A DNA stretch of 64,000 bases, from NCBI GenBank assembly GCA_910577435.1, contig CAJTLV010000005.1, forward strand, positions 7,080 through 71,079, given 5' to 3'. The first letter of the stretch is position 1. The number at the start of each line of letters is the position of its first letter. This stretch comes from an uncultured Christensenella sp. Its GTDB lineage: Bacteria > Bacillota > Clostridia > Christensenellales > Pumilibacteraceae. Shown here in pieces: positions 27,937-35,684 of the stretch. The position numbers were made by a program, and so were the translations under genes. Below the pieces are notes generated by a model that saw only the letters and a list, made by a program, of their open reading frames with translations, was not told where the DNA came from and searched no databases.

Positions 27937-28111
27937 AGCCGTATGTGAGCGAAATCATAACTCCCACAGCGCACAAGCTGATCGGAATAAACAGCACGTC
28001 CGACTTTGTCATCGCATACGCGATCACGCAAGCGACGGCGCCGACGGCGCATAATCCCGCGACGATAAAACAGATTATTTTTACCGCCGTGTTTTTTCCG
28101 TCGTCGTTCAT
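27920..28111 (-). CDS. 63-aa two-TM membrane peptide
   Basis: MNDDGKNTAVKIICFIVAGLCAVGAVACVIAYAMTKSDVLFIPISLCAVGVMISLTYGFAWRS. Overlaps the Sel1 gene start by 17 nt and lies downstream of a consensus promoter. Confidence 0.45.
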   Translation of the reverse strand: MNDDGKNTAVKIICFIVAGLCAVGAVACVIAYAMTKSDVLFIPISLCAVGVMISLTYGFAWRS

Positions 28112-28188
28112 AACGCGCTCCCGACGAAACGCGTTTTTTCCGCACCCGTATGTATATGTGCGGCAATGCCGTTTCTTCTCATAATATA

Positions 28189-28217
28189 ATTATATCAATT
28201 TTCCGCAATGTTGTCAA
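28189..28217 (-). promoter_or_regulatory. consensus SigA-type promoter
   Basis: Minus strand reads TTGACA, a 17-nt spacer, then TATAAT, about 75 nt upstream of ATG 28111. Confidence 0.5.
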
Positions 28218-28282
28218 GACATAATCGTTAAATATATGCGCGGCAACGCCGCCACCCGATTACGAAGATCGCACACTTTTAT

Positions 28283-29709
28283 CTATCTGCGCCGAGCGCG
28301 CTGGACCGCTTCCGCCCAACCCGCCAAAAGCCGCTCGCGCTTTTCGCTCGGCATATTCGGTTTGAACACAGTCTCGCCGCCGCATGCGCCCAGCGACCTT
28401 ATATCCAAAACGCCGACGGTCAACCCCGCGAGATAGTAAGCGCCTATCGCGGTAGTCTCGACGATTGCGGGACGCACGACCTCGCAACCCGTTATGTCCG
28501 CAGTAAACTGCATAAGAAAGTTATTTGCGGACGCACCGCCGTCGACGGCAATGCTCTTGACGCGTTTTCCGCTGTCGCGCTCCATAGCGTGCAAAACGTC
28601 GAACACCTGATACGCAATGCTCTCTATCGCCGCGCGTATGAAATGATCCTTTGTCGCGCCGCGCGTCAGTCCCGTTACCGTGCCGCGTGCGTATGCGTCC
28701 CAATACGGCGCGCCGAGACCGACGAAAGCCGGCACTATGTACACGCCGAGCGTATCTTCCACCTTATTGCAATACCTTTCGGTTTCGCTTGCCGAGCGTA
28801 TCATACGCATACTGTCGCGAAGCCACTGCACGACCGCGCCGCCCACAAAAACACTGCCTTCCAGCGCATAGTTCACCTTTCCGTCGGCACTCGCCGCGAG
28901 CGTCGTAACGAGTCCGCGCTTGCTCTCGACAGCTTTGTCGCCCGTATTCATCAACAGAAAACAACCGCCTGCTGATCGCCCGCCACACCCGCGATAGGCA
29001 CTCTCGCACCGAATACCTGCTCGTCGGTGTAGCCGAAAAGACTGCCCGACGGCCGAACGGACGGTAACATTACGCGCGGGATATCGAACAGCTCCAACAG
29101 TTCGTCGTCCCATTCGAGTGTATGTATATTGAACATCATCGTCCGCGACGCATTGGTGTAGTCTGTCGCGAAAATGCTTCCGCCGGAAAACTTCCACATC
29201 AGATATGTGTCGACCGTGCCGAACAGAAGATCGCCGCGCGATGCACTCTCCCTCGCGCCGGACACGTTATCGAGTATCCACGCGAGTTTTGTCGCCGAAA
29301 AATATGCGTCTACGGGCAAACCCGTCTTTTTGAATATCATCTTATCAAACCCGCGCGCGATCAGGTCGTCGCACATTTTCGCGGTGCGGCGGCACTGCCA
29401 CACTATGGCGTTATAGACAGGCTTACCCGTCTTTTTATCCCACACCACAGTCGTCTCGCGCTGATTTGTTATGCCTATCGCGGCAATGTCGCTGCGGATA
29501 AGACCGCCGCGCGCGAGCGCTTCCGAAATAACGCCCGACTGCGACGAAAAAATTTCGAGCGGATCGTGTTCCACCCAACCCTCGCGCGGATATATCTGAC
29601 CGTACTCCGCCTGCGCCGACGCTTTGACAGCGCCCGACTCGTCGAATACGATAGCACGCGAGCTTGTCGTGCCTTGATCGAGCGATAAAATGTATTTATG
29701 CTTGCTCAT
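28283..29709 (-). pseudogene. glpK: glycerol kinase disrupted by an internal ~58-nt deletion/frameshift
   Basis: The N-terminal ORF 28951..29709 ([23 protein letters not shown]...[14 protein letters not shown]) and the C-terminal ORF ending at 28283 ([22 protein letters not shown]...[14 protein letters not shown]...) are in different frames. The conserved segment between GDQQA and GCF, including NTYGTG, is missing. Confidence 0.8.
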
Positions 29710-29749
29710 AATAATTCTCCCGCCAATTAAAGTAGATCATCGCCTAACA

Positions 29750-30172
29750 TCATATTTCCGTTCTGTCAACGTCCCGCGTCGCGATCACGTCGACGCCCGT
29801 TCCCGCGACGTTTTTTATAATTACGTCGCCTGCCTTTATCGGCGCGTCGACTTCGATACGCTTTATCCCGCCTACGCCGAACAGCACGTCGAACATTTTT
29901 TCCTTAGGAACGGGCTGTGCCGTTTTTACAGGCACACGATCTATTATTCCGCCGTTTATTCGCACCGTCGAAGTGACCGTGCGAGTCGGCGAAGTAAGCT
30001 CTGTCACGGCATACGATGCGCCGCGTTTACACGTGTTGCCCGTCACCGATATACCGCCGTCGCCGTTTACCGTCGCGGTCAGTTCGCAACCGATCGGACA
30101 GCAGATACACACGAATTTTTTCACTTCGCAAGTCCTATCTACGTTTTCGGTCTTTAACTTTTTTCCGCTCAT
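29750..30172 (-). CDS. DUF1667 domain protein, third subunit of the clostridial glycerol-3-phosphate dehydrogenase-type operon
   Basis: Real start MSGKKLKTENV (ATG 30172-30170, ATGA overlap with the upstream stop). Cys motif CICCPIGCELTATV...GNTCKRG. Confidence 0.75.
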   Translation of the reverse strand: MSGKKLKTENVDRTCEVKKFVCICCPIGCELTATVNGDGGISVTGNTCKRGASYAVTELTSPTRTVTSTVRINGGIIDRVPVKTAQPVPKEKMFDVLFGVGGIKRIEVDAPIKAGDVIIKNVAGTGVDVIATRDVDRTEI

Positions 30173-31437
30173 ACCTCGACCGCCTTTATCAGTTTTATCT
30201 CTACGGAACGCGCGCCGCGCACGGCGTCCGACTGCGCCGCATTCAACTCGACGGTCTCCATCTCGCCCAGCGTGCAAATCGGCCTCGTCTTGGCGAACAC
30301 TTCCTTTCCGTCGGCATATACGGCAAGCCTGCATTTTCGGTACACTCCGTCAACGCGCATACGGAAGGTCAGCGCGCCGCCGCTCTTACTTATCCGTTGC
30401 GGCACGCAGTACCGAACTCCGCCCGTTACGCACACTTCGGTCTTTTGCCCGTCCGCTTTATTGCCCGCGACGTATTGCGCCGCGAACCGCCCGCAAGCGG
30501 CGCTTTCGCTCGAAACATAGTCGACAAGGTCGTGAACGTGCAAGCAGTTGCCGCACATAAACACACCGTCGGTGTCGGTCATAAAAGTGTCGTCCACGTC
30601 GCCGCCGCCCGTCGCCCTGCACAAGCCGACTCCCGCGCTCGACGCAAGTTCGTTTTCGGGAAGCAGTCCTACCGACAAAAGCAACGTGTCGCACGGTATC
30701 TCTCGCGCCGTCGACATTATCGGTTTTTTACTGCCGTCGACGTTCGCCACGACCACCGAACTCACTCTGTTACGCCCGCGTATATCGACAACGGTCGTAG
30801 ACAGCATCAGCGGAATATCGAAGTCGTCGAGACACTGCGCGATGTTGCGGTTAAGCCCCGATGAGTACGGCATAAGTTCCGCCACGCCGTGAACGCGCGC
30901 GCCCTCGAATATCATTCGCCGCGCCATTATAAGCCCTATGTCGCCCGATCCGAGAATGAATACGTCGTTGCCTATATGCTTGCCGTCGATGTTTATGAGA
31001 CGTTGCGCCGTTCCTGCGGAATATACGCCGGCAGGGCGCGTTCCCGCGATATTGACCGCGCCGCGCGGTCGCTCGCGGCACCCGCACGCAAGTATGATCG
31101 CGCGGGCGTGAATCTTCATTATACCGTCGCGGTTGACTGCGGTGACCGTTTTTTGACCGCCGTCTACGCTAAGCACTGTCGTTCCGAACAGGCACGCTAT
31201 ACCGCGCTCCTCGACCATAGCGGAAAAACGCGCGGCATATTCGGGCCCCGTAAGCTCCTCTTTGAACGTGTGAAGCCCGAATCCGTTGTGAATACATTGA
31301 TTGAGTATTCCGCCCGAATACTCGTCGCGCTCCAAAACGATCATATCGCGCGCGCCGCTGTCGTGCGCCGACAGTGCCGCCGCAAGTCCCGCAGGACCTG
31401 CGCCGATTATTACTATATCTTTATTCAGTTCTTTCAC
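30169..31437 (-). CDS. FAD/NAD(P)-binding pyridine nucleotide-disulfide-type oxidoreductase
   Basis: 422 aa. Dinucleotide-binding motifs VIIGAGPAGLAAA and VFILGSGDIGL. Middle gene of the glp operon. Confidence 0.8.
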   Translation of the reverse strand: MKELNKDIVIIGAGPAGLAAALSAHDSGARDMIVLERDEYSGGILNQCIHNGFGLHTFKEELTGPEYAARFSAMVEERGIACLFGTTVLSVDGGQKTVTAVNRDGIMKIHARAIILACGCRERPRGAVNIAGTRPAGVYSAGTAQRLINIDGKHIGNDVFILGSGDIGLIMARRMIFEGARVHGVAELMPYSSGLNRNIAQCLDDFDIPLMLSTTVVDIRGRNRVSSVVVANVDGSKKPIMSTAREIPCDTLLLSVGLLPENELASSAGVGLCRATGGGDVDDTFMTDTDGVFMCGNCLHVHDLVDYVSSESAACGRFAAQYVAGNKADGQKTEVCVTGGVRYCVPQRISKSGGALTFRMRVDGVYRKCRLAVYADGKEVFAKTRPICTLGEMETVELNAAQSDAVRGARSVEIKLIKAVEV

Positions 31438-32870
31438 TGCCCGCCTCCGAGTATCTCCGACCCCGCGCCGTGTTTAGTCACTTCCGCAGGCGATATTCCG
31501 AGTTCGCGAGCGATTATTTTGATAAGATTGGGCGTGCAGAAACCCGCCTGACACCTGCCCATTCCCGCCCGCACTCTGCGCTTCACTCCGTCGAGATCGA
31601 CCGCGCCGCGACGAACGGCTTCCGCAATCTCGCCCTCAGTGACCTGCTCGCACCGACACACTATGTTTCCGTAACGCCGATCGCGCGTTATTTGCGCCGT
31701 ACGCTCCTCGTCGTTTGCCGTCGCAAAGCACGGGATCGCCGTGCGGTGCGATTCGAAACGCTTATTTTCTTCGAGACCGATCTTTTGCGCTACTGCGCAC
31801 GCCAGATACTCGCCTATTGCGGGAGACGACGCAAGTCCGGGAGAACATATCCCGAGCGCGTTGAAAAAGCCGTCCTCGACCTCGCCCACTTCGAAGTCGT
31901 CGCCGCAAACCGCGCGAACACCCGAAAACTGCGTTATAATATCCCGCCGAGCAAGCGTCGGAACAGACAGCAACGCACGGTCGAACACGTCGTCGAGTCC
32001 GTTCGCCGTCGTCGACACGTCGTCCTTGTCCGAAATATCCTCAGCGTCCGGACCGACGAGTGTGTTGCCGTGACACGTGGGAGTAACGAGTATGCCCTTC
32101 CCGAGCGCCGTCGGCGTTTGGAATATCGTGCGTTCCACAGGCAACGCCGTTTTATCGAGAAGCATATACTGTCCGCGTCGCGGCGCTATCTTTCGCTTGC
32201 GTCCCGATACGAGATTGTTTATATCGTCGGCGTAAAGTCCCGCTGCGTTTATGACCGTGCGAGCGGCGTAAACACAGTCGGTCATTCCCGTTCGCACGGT
32301 TACTCTGTAACCGAAGTCGGACCGCTCTATCGCAGTCACGCGGCTATTAAGAGCGGCGCAGCCGCCGTTTTCCAGAAAGTTTTCATAACACGCTATCGTA
32401 AGTTCGTAAGGCGATACGATAGCCGATGTCGGCGCGTACAGCGCACCAGACACACGCTCCGAAAGACGCGGTTCCAGCTTCCGCGCCGCGTCGCCGGATA
32501 TGATTTCGGTGTCCACGCCGTTCTCTATTCCGCGCGCTTTGAGCGTGTTAAGCACGCGCTTACCCGTCCCGTCGAACGCGATAACAAACGCGCCGTTCGC
32601 TTTGTAAGGCACTTCCAGCTCGCGGCACTTCGCCGCCATAAGCCGACTGCCTCCGACGTTGAATTTTGCCTTTAAGGTACCGGGCAGGGCGTCGTAGCCG
32701 GCATGCACTATGCCGGAATTCGCCTTGCTCGTTCCGACAGACACATCGCCCGCCGCTTCGAGCAATAGAAACCTGCCGTTAAACCGAGCAAGCTCACGCG
32801 CGGCAAACGTTCCTATCACTCCCCCGCCGATTATTATACAATCGTATGCTTTTACCCCGTTGTTATCCAT
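31434..32870 (-). CDS. FAD-dependent glycerol-3-phosphate dehydrogenase/oxidase-like oxidoreductase with a C-terminal BFD-like [2Fe-2S] domain
   Basis: ORF 31434..32912. Likely start MDNNGVKAYDCIIIGGGVIGT (32870). C-terminus has CRCEQVTEGEI...GMGRCQAGFC. Confidence 0.8.
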   Translation of the reverse strand: MDNNGVKAYDCIIIGGGVIGTFAARELARFNGRFLLLEAAGDVSVGTSKANSGIVHAGYDALPGTLKAKFNVGGSRLMAAKCRELEVPYKANGAFVIAFDGTGKRVLNTLKARGIENGVDTEIISGDAARKLEPRLSERVSGALYAPTSAIVSPYELTIACYENFLENGGCAALNSRVTAIERSDFGYRVTVRTGMTDCVYAARTVINAAGLYADDINNLVSGRKRKIAPRRGQYMLLDKTALPVERTIFQTPTALGKGILVTPTCHGNTLVGPDAEDISDKDDVSTTANGLDDVFDRALLSVPTLARRDIITQFSGVRAVCGDDFEVGEVEDGFFNALGICSPGLASSPAIGEYLACAVAQKIGLEENKRFESHRTAIPCFATANDEERTAQITRDRRYGNIVCRCEQVTEGEIAEAVRRGAVDLDGVKRRVRAGMGRCQAGFCTPNLIKIIARELGISPAEVTKHGAGSEILGGGQ

Positions 32871-33003
32871 ATATGAATTATACAACGTTTTTCCGTTTCT
32901 GTCAATAGGCACGAAAAGATTTACACATCCGTCTTTATGCGACTCGATCCTAACGCCGCCCGATAATCTTACGAATTATGATTTTATGAATTCCGAATTA
33001 TAT

Positions 33004-33032
33004 TTGACATCTTATACAAAATGTAGTATACT
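33004..33032 (+). promoter_or_regulatory. consensus SigA-type promoter placed for a leaderless transcript
   Basis: TTGACA, a 17-nt spacer, then TATACT. Only 7 nt separate the -10 element from ATG 33040, and there is no Shine-Dalgarno. Confidence 0.5.
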
Positions 33033-33039
33033 GATTTCG

Positions 33040-34050
33040 ATGCAGGACACAAGGGACATACGAACTATCTGTTTGAACTGCTTCGGAACCGTAGATATGC
33101 GCACCGGAGTATGTCCGTATTGCGGCAGACGCGCCGAAGTCGGCGCGCAAAACACGTCGGCATTACCGCTCAGAACTTTGCTTGCAGGCAGGTATCTCAT
33201 AAGCACGCCGCTCGGCAGAGGCGGATTCGGAATAACCTATAAAGGCTACGATATGCTAACGCGCGCACGCGTCGCAATAAAAGAATTCTTTCCTAAAGGA
33301 TATGCGACGCGCAGTCCCCGTTCGCTCGCCATCGACACGTCGGACGCGGCTAACGGCAAAGTATTCAATTATTGGCTGACCGCTTTCGTGCAGGAAGCAA
33401 ACGTTCTTACATCCATCAAGAATCTGGAAGGGATAGTCAACATTTACGACTTTTTCCTTACAAACAACACCGCATATATAATTATGGAATATCTGGACGG
33501 AATGAGCTTGCACAAGTTCATTCACGGCAGGGGCGGCAGATTGCACCTCAACGAAACGCTCAACGTTATGCGCCCCGTGCTCGAAACGCTTATGCTGTTA
33601 CACCGACACGGAATAGTACATAAGGACATTTCGCCGGAAAACATTCAGATAGTCAATAACCGCGCAATAAAGCTGATCGACTTCGGCGCGGCGTCGATAT
33701 ACACGCAGAACGTAAGTAAGCCGTTCTTCGTCCTGAAAAAAGGATACTCGCCCGTCGAGCTGTACTCGCAATCCAACGAGCAAGGCCCGTGGACGGACAT
33801 ATACGAGATCGGCGCTACCATATATACCTGTCTCGTCGGCAACCCCCCGCCCGACGCGACGGAACGCCGCATTCACGACAAGATAGTTCCGCCGTCGGCG
33901 CTCAACGTCCAGATCCAGCCCGTTCGCGAAAAATCGTTGCTGAAAGCGCTCGCGATAAAGCCGGAAGACAGATACAAGAGCATAGGAGAATTTCAGCAAA
34001 TGTTCTACGGCGAGTTCTTGCCTGCGGCAAGACTTACCACAAGACAATAA
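33040..34050 (+). CDS. soluble Hanks-type Ser/Thr protein kinase with an N-terminal zinc ribbon
   Basis: The track ORF 32710..34050 starts antisense to the glp gene. I call the start at MQDTRDIRT. CLNC...CPYC ribbon. Kinase motifs GRGGFGITY, AIKEF, HKDISPENI, DFGAAS, YSPVE. No TM or PASTA domains. Confidence 0.8.
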   Translation: MQDTRDIRTICLNCFGTVDMRTGVCPYCGRRAEVGAQNTSALPLRTLLAGRYLISTPLGRGGFGITYKGYDMLTRARVAIKEFFPKGYATRSPRSLAIDTSDAANGKVFNYWLTAFVQEANVLTSIKNLEGIVNIYDFFLTNNTAYIIMEYLDGMSLHKFIHGRGGRLHLNETLNVMRPVLETLMLLHRHGIVHKDISPENIQIVNNRAIKLIDFGAASIYTQNVSKPFFVLKKGYSPVELYSQSNEQGPWTDIYEIGATIYTCLVGNPPPDATERRIHDKIVPPSALNVQIQPVREKSLLKALAIKPEDRYKSIGEFQQMFYGEFLPAARLTTRQ

Positions 34051-34060
34051 GACATCACAG

Positions 34061-34091
34061 GGTCGGCACGGCAAACGTCGCCGACCTTTTT
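34061..34091 (+). terminator. intrinsic terminator of the kinase gene
   Basis: GGTCGGC...GCCGACC stem followed by TTTTT. Confidence 0.6.
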
Positions 34092-34096
34092 AACGC

Positions 34097-34137
34097 AAAA
34101 AAACATACGCCGACGAAACAATGCTCGTCGGCGTATG
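34097..34137 (-). terminator. intrinsic terminator of the SRP RNA gene
   Basis: Minus strand reads CATACGCCGACG-agcattgttt-CGTCGGCGTATG followed by T7. Confidence 0.7.
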
Positions 34138-34139
34138 AA

Positions 34140-34408
34140 AACTGCGCGCCGCTTTTGATAATACGCACCGAAGCGTTCTCCCGCCGGTTAACTCCGCCAA
34201 AGCTACCTTGTGGCACACGGCACATCTTGCTTAGTGCTGCTGCGGTCAAGCCCTGACACGGTTCACAAGCAGACGTTGCACAAGACCTTGACATCAACGC
34301 CACCTAACGGTAACAGACCTTCCATACGCAAACCGAGAGCGGTGTTCGACCCTACTGTAGCGGATTGTAGGTTACAGAGCGCCGCTAACTCTCCGTCTAG
34401 CGCAGTAC
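34140..34408 (-). ncRNA. ffs: signal recognition particle RNA, long Bacillus/Clostridium type with Alu domain (~265 nt)
   Basis: The minus strand aligns by eye along its whole length to B. subtilis scRNA. Examples: GAGUUAGCGGCGCUCUGUAACCUACAAUCCGCUACAGUAGGGUCGAA vs GAGGUAGCGGUGCCCUGUACCUGCAAUCCGCUCUAGCAGGGCCGAA; GGUGGCGUUGAUGUCAAGGUCUUGUGCAA; GAACCGUGUCAGG...GCAGCAGCA helix-8 region. The 5' CUGCGC pairs with the 3' GCGCAG. Confidence 0.85.
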
Positions 34409-34412
34409 GGTT

Positions 34413-34441
34413 ATTATACCCTTTCCTATCGAAAATAGCAA
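34413..34441 (-). promoter_or_regulatory. SigA-type promoter of ffs
   Basis: Minus strand reads TTGCTA, a 17-nt spacer, then TATAAT, about 7 nt before the predicted RNA 5' end. Confidence 0.55.
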
Positions 34442-34600
34442 GCGTTTTTACAAAGAATTGCATAGGCCGAAATTTTCCGAGTTTTTGCGCGTGCAAAATC
34501 CGATGTTTATTCGACCGTCGACCGTCGTCACCCGTAAACCGTCCGTCGCTTCAAATGACGGTCAAGAATCCACAATTAACGTTTACATAAATATTTATGC

Positions 34601-34629
34601 TTGCAAAACACGCCGAAGTATATTATAAT
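34601..34629 (+). promoter_or_regulatory. SigA-type promoter of the TIR / IMPase-HAD pair
   Basis: TTGCAA, a 17-nt spacer, then TATAAT. GGAGAA lies 5 nt before ATG 34656. Confidence 0.5.
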
Positions 34630-34655
34630 GATTAAAACGCTGTCGGAGAAATTCA

Positions 34656-35684
34656 ATGAGCATAAATAAAACGCACGACGTATTCATCGCATATCACGGT
34701 AGTTACGACCCGTCGGGGTCGCCCGAATATGCAGACAAACTGTACGGGTATCTAACATCTCGCGGTCTTAACTGCTTCTACTTCCCCGTTACCGGCAACG
34801 GCATTTACAAGGCGAATATCATAGAGGTTTTGCGCTCGCGCACTTTCGTTCTCGTCACGACCAACGGCCTGCACACGACCGAGAGCGGACGGATAGACTC
34901 CAAGTTCCATTACGAGCTTTCGACCGAAATAGACGCGTTCTACGCCACGTCACAGATAGACGAAGCATCGGTGTCGGACGCCGCAGTCCTAGCGTGCGGA
35001 GATTACCGCAAGGGCGACGAGGCGCGGCTCCACGAGTTGTTTGCCAATCGCACCCACTTTTTTCACGGCGGAGACGACTGTGTTTTCACGGACATTTACA
35101 ACTGGATAATGACCCGAATCGCGGATAAGCGCACGTGGCAGAATATGCAACACACTTCGGAAATTAAGGACGTTTTCGCGACGCGGTCGGCAATGCACCA
35201 AAGCTGTCGGTTGGACGATCTTATCGCGTCCGCGAAGAACGTGCGCGTCGTCGGCATATCCAATTCGGAGATGACCGCGCGCATAAATCCGTTCGCGATT
35301 TCCAACTGTATCGACAACGGCGGAACGGTCGAAATACTCTTTCTCGATCCTTACGGCAAATTCACGGCGCTCCGCGAGGAGGAAGAAAGCCTGCGAAGCG
35401 GACGCATCAAATCGATAACGGAAACTAACATCGAGACCGCGTTCGATATGCGACTGCGCGTCAAACATCCCGAAAATTTCAAATTGATGATATACGACAA
35501 ACAGCCGCGAATGAATATGATATTCACCGATAACCATCTCATTCTTCAATATTATGCCAACAACGTTCCCGGTTGGAGCAATCCCACGTTCTTTATCGAA
35601 CATCTCTCCAACTCGCCTATCTGGGATTTTTGCGAAAAGGTGTACGAATACCTCAAAAGCGACGCTAAGGAGGCTGTCATATGA
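34656..35684 (+). CDS. TIR-domain protein with a C-terminal DUF5919/PLD-fold-like domain
   Basis: 342 aa. The N-terminus HDVFIAYHGSYD...LNCFYFPV...RTFVLVTTNG...SKFHYELSTEIDAF follows the bacterial TIR_2/ThsB-like pattern with a candidate catalytic Glu. The C-terminal ~170 aa (VRVVGISNSEM...VEILFLDPYGKF...FKLMIYDKQPRMNMIFTDNHLILQYY) resembles DUF5919, from memory and not searched. Confidence 0.7.
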   Translation: MSINKTHDVFIAYHGSYDPSGSPEYADKLYGYLTSRGLNCFYFPVTGNGIYKANIIEVLRSRTFVLVTTNGLHTTESGRIDSKFHYELSTEIDAFYATSQIDEASVSDAAVLACGDYRKGDEARLHELFANRTHFFHGGDDCVFTDIYNWIMTRIADKRTWQNMQHTSEIKDVFATRSAMHQSCRLDDLIASAKNVRVVGISNSEMTARINPFAISNCIDNGGTVEILFLDPYGKFTALREEEESLRSGRIKSITETNIETAFDMRLRVKHPENFKLMIYDKQPRMNMIFTDNHLILQYYANNVPGWSNPTFFIEHLSNSPIWDFCEKVYEYLKSDAKEAVI

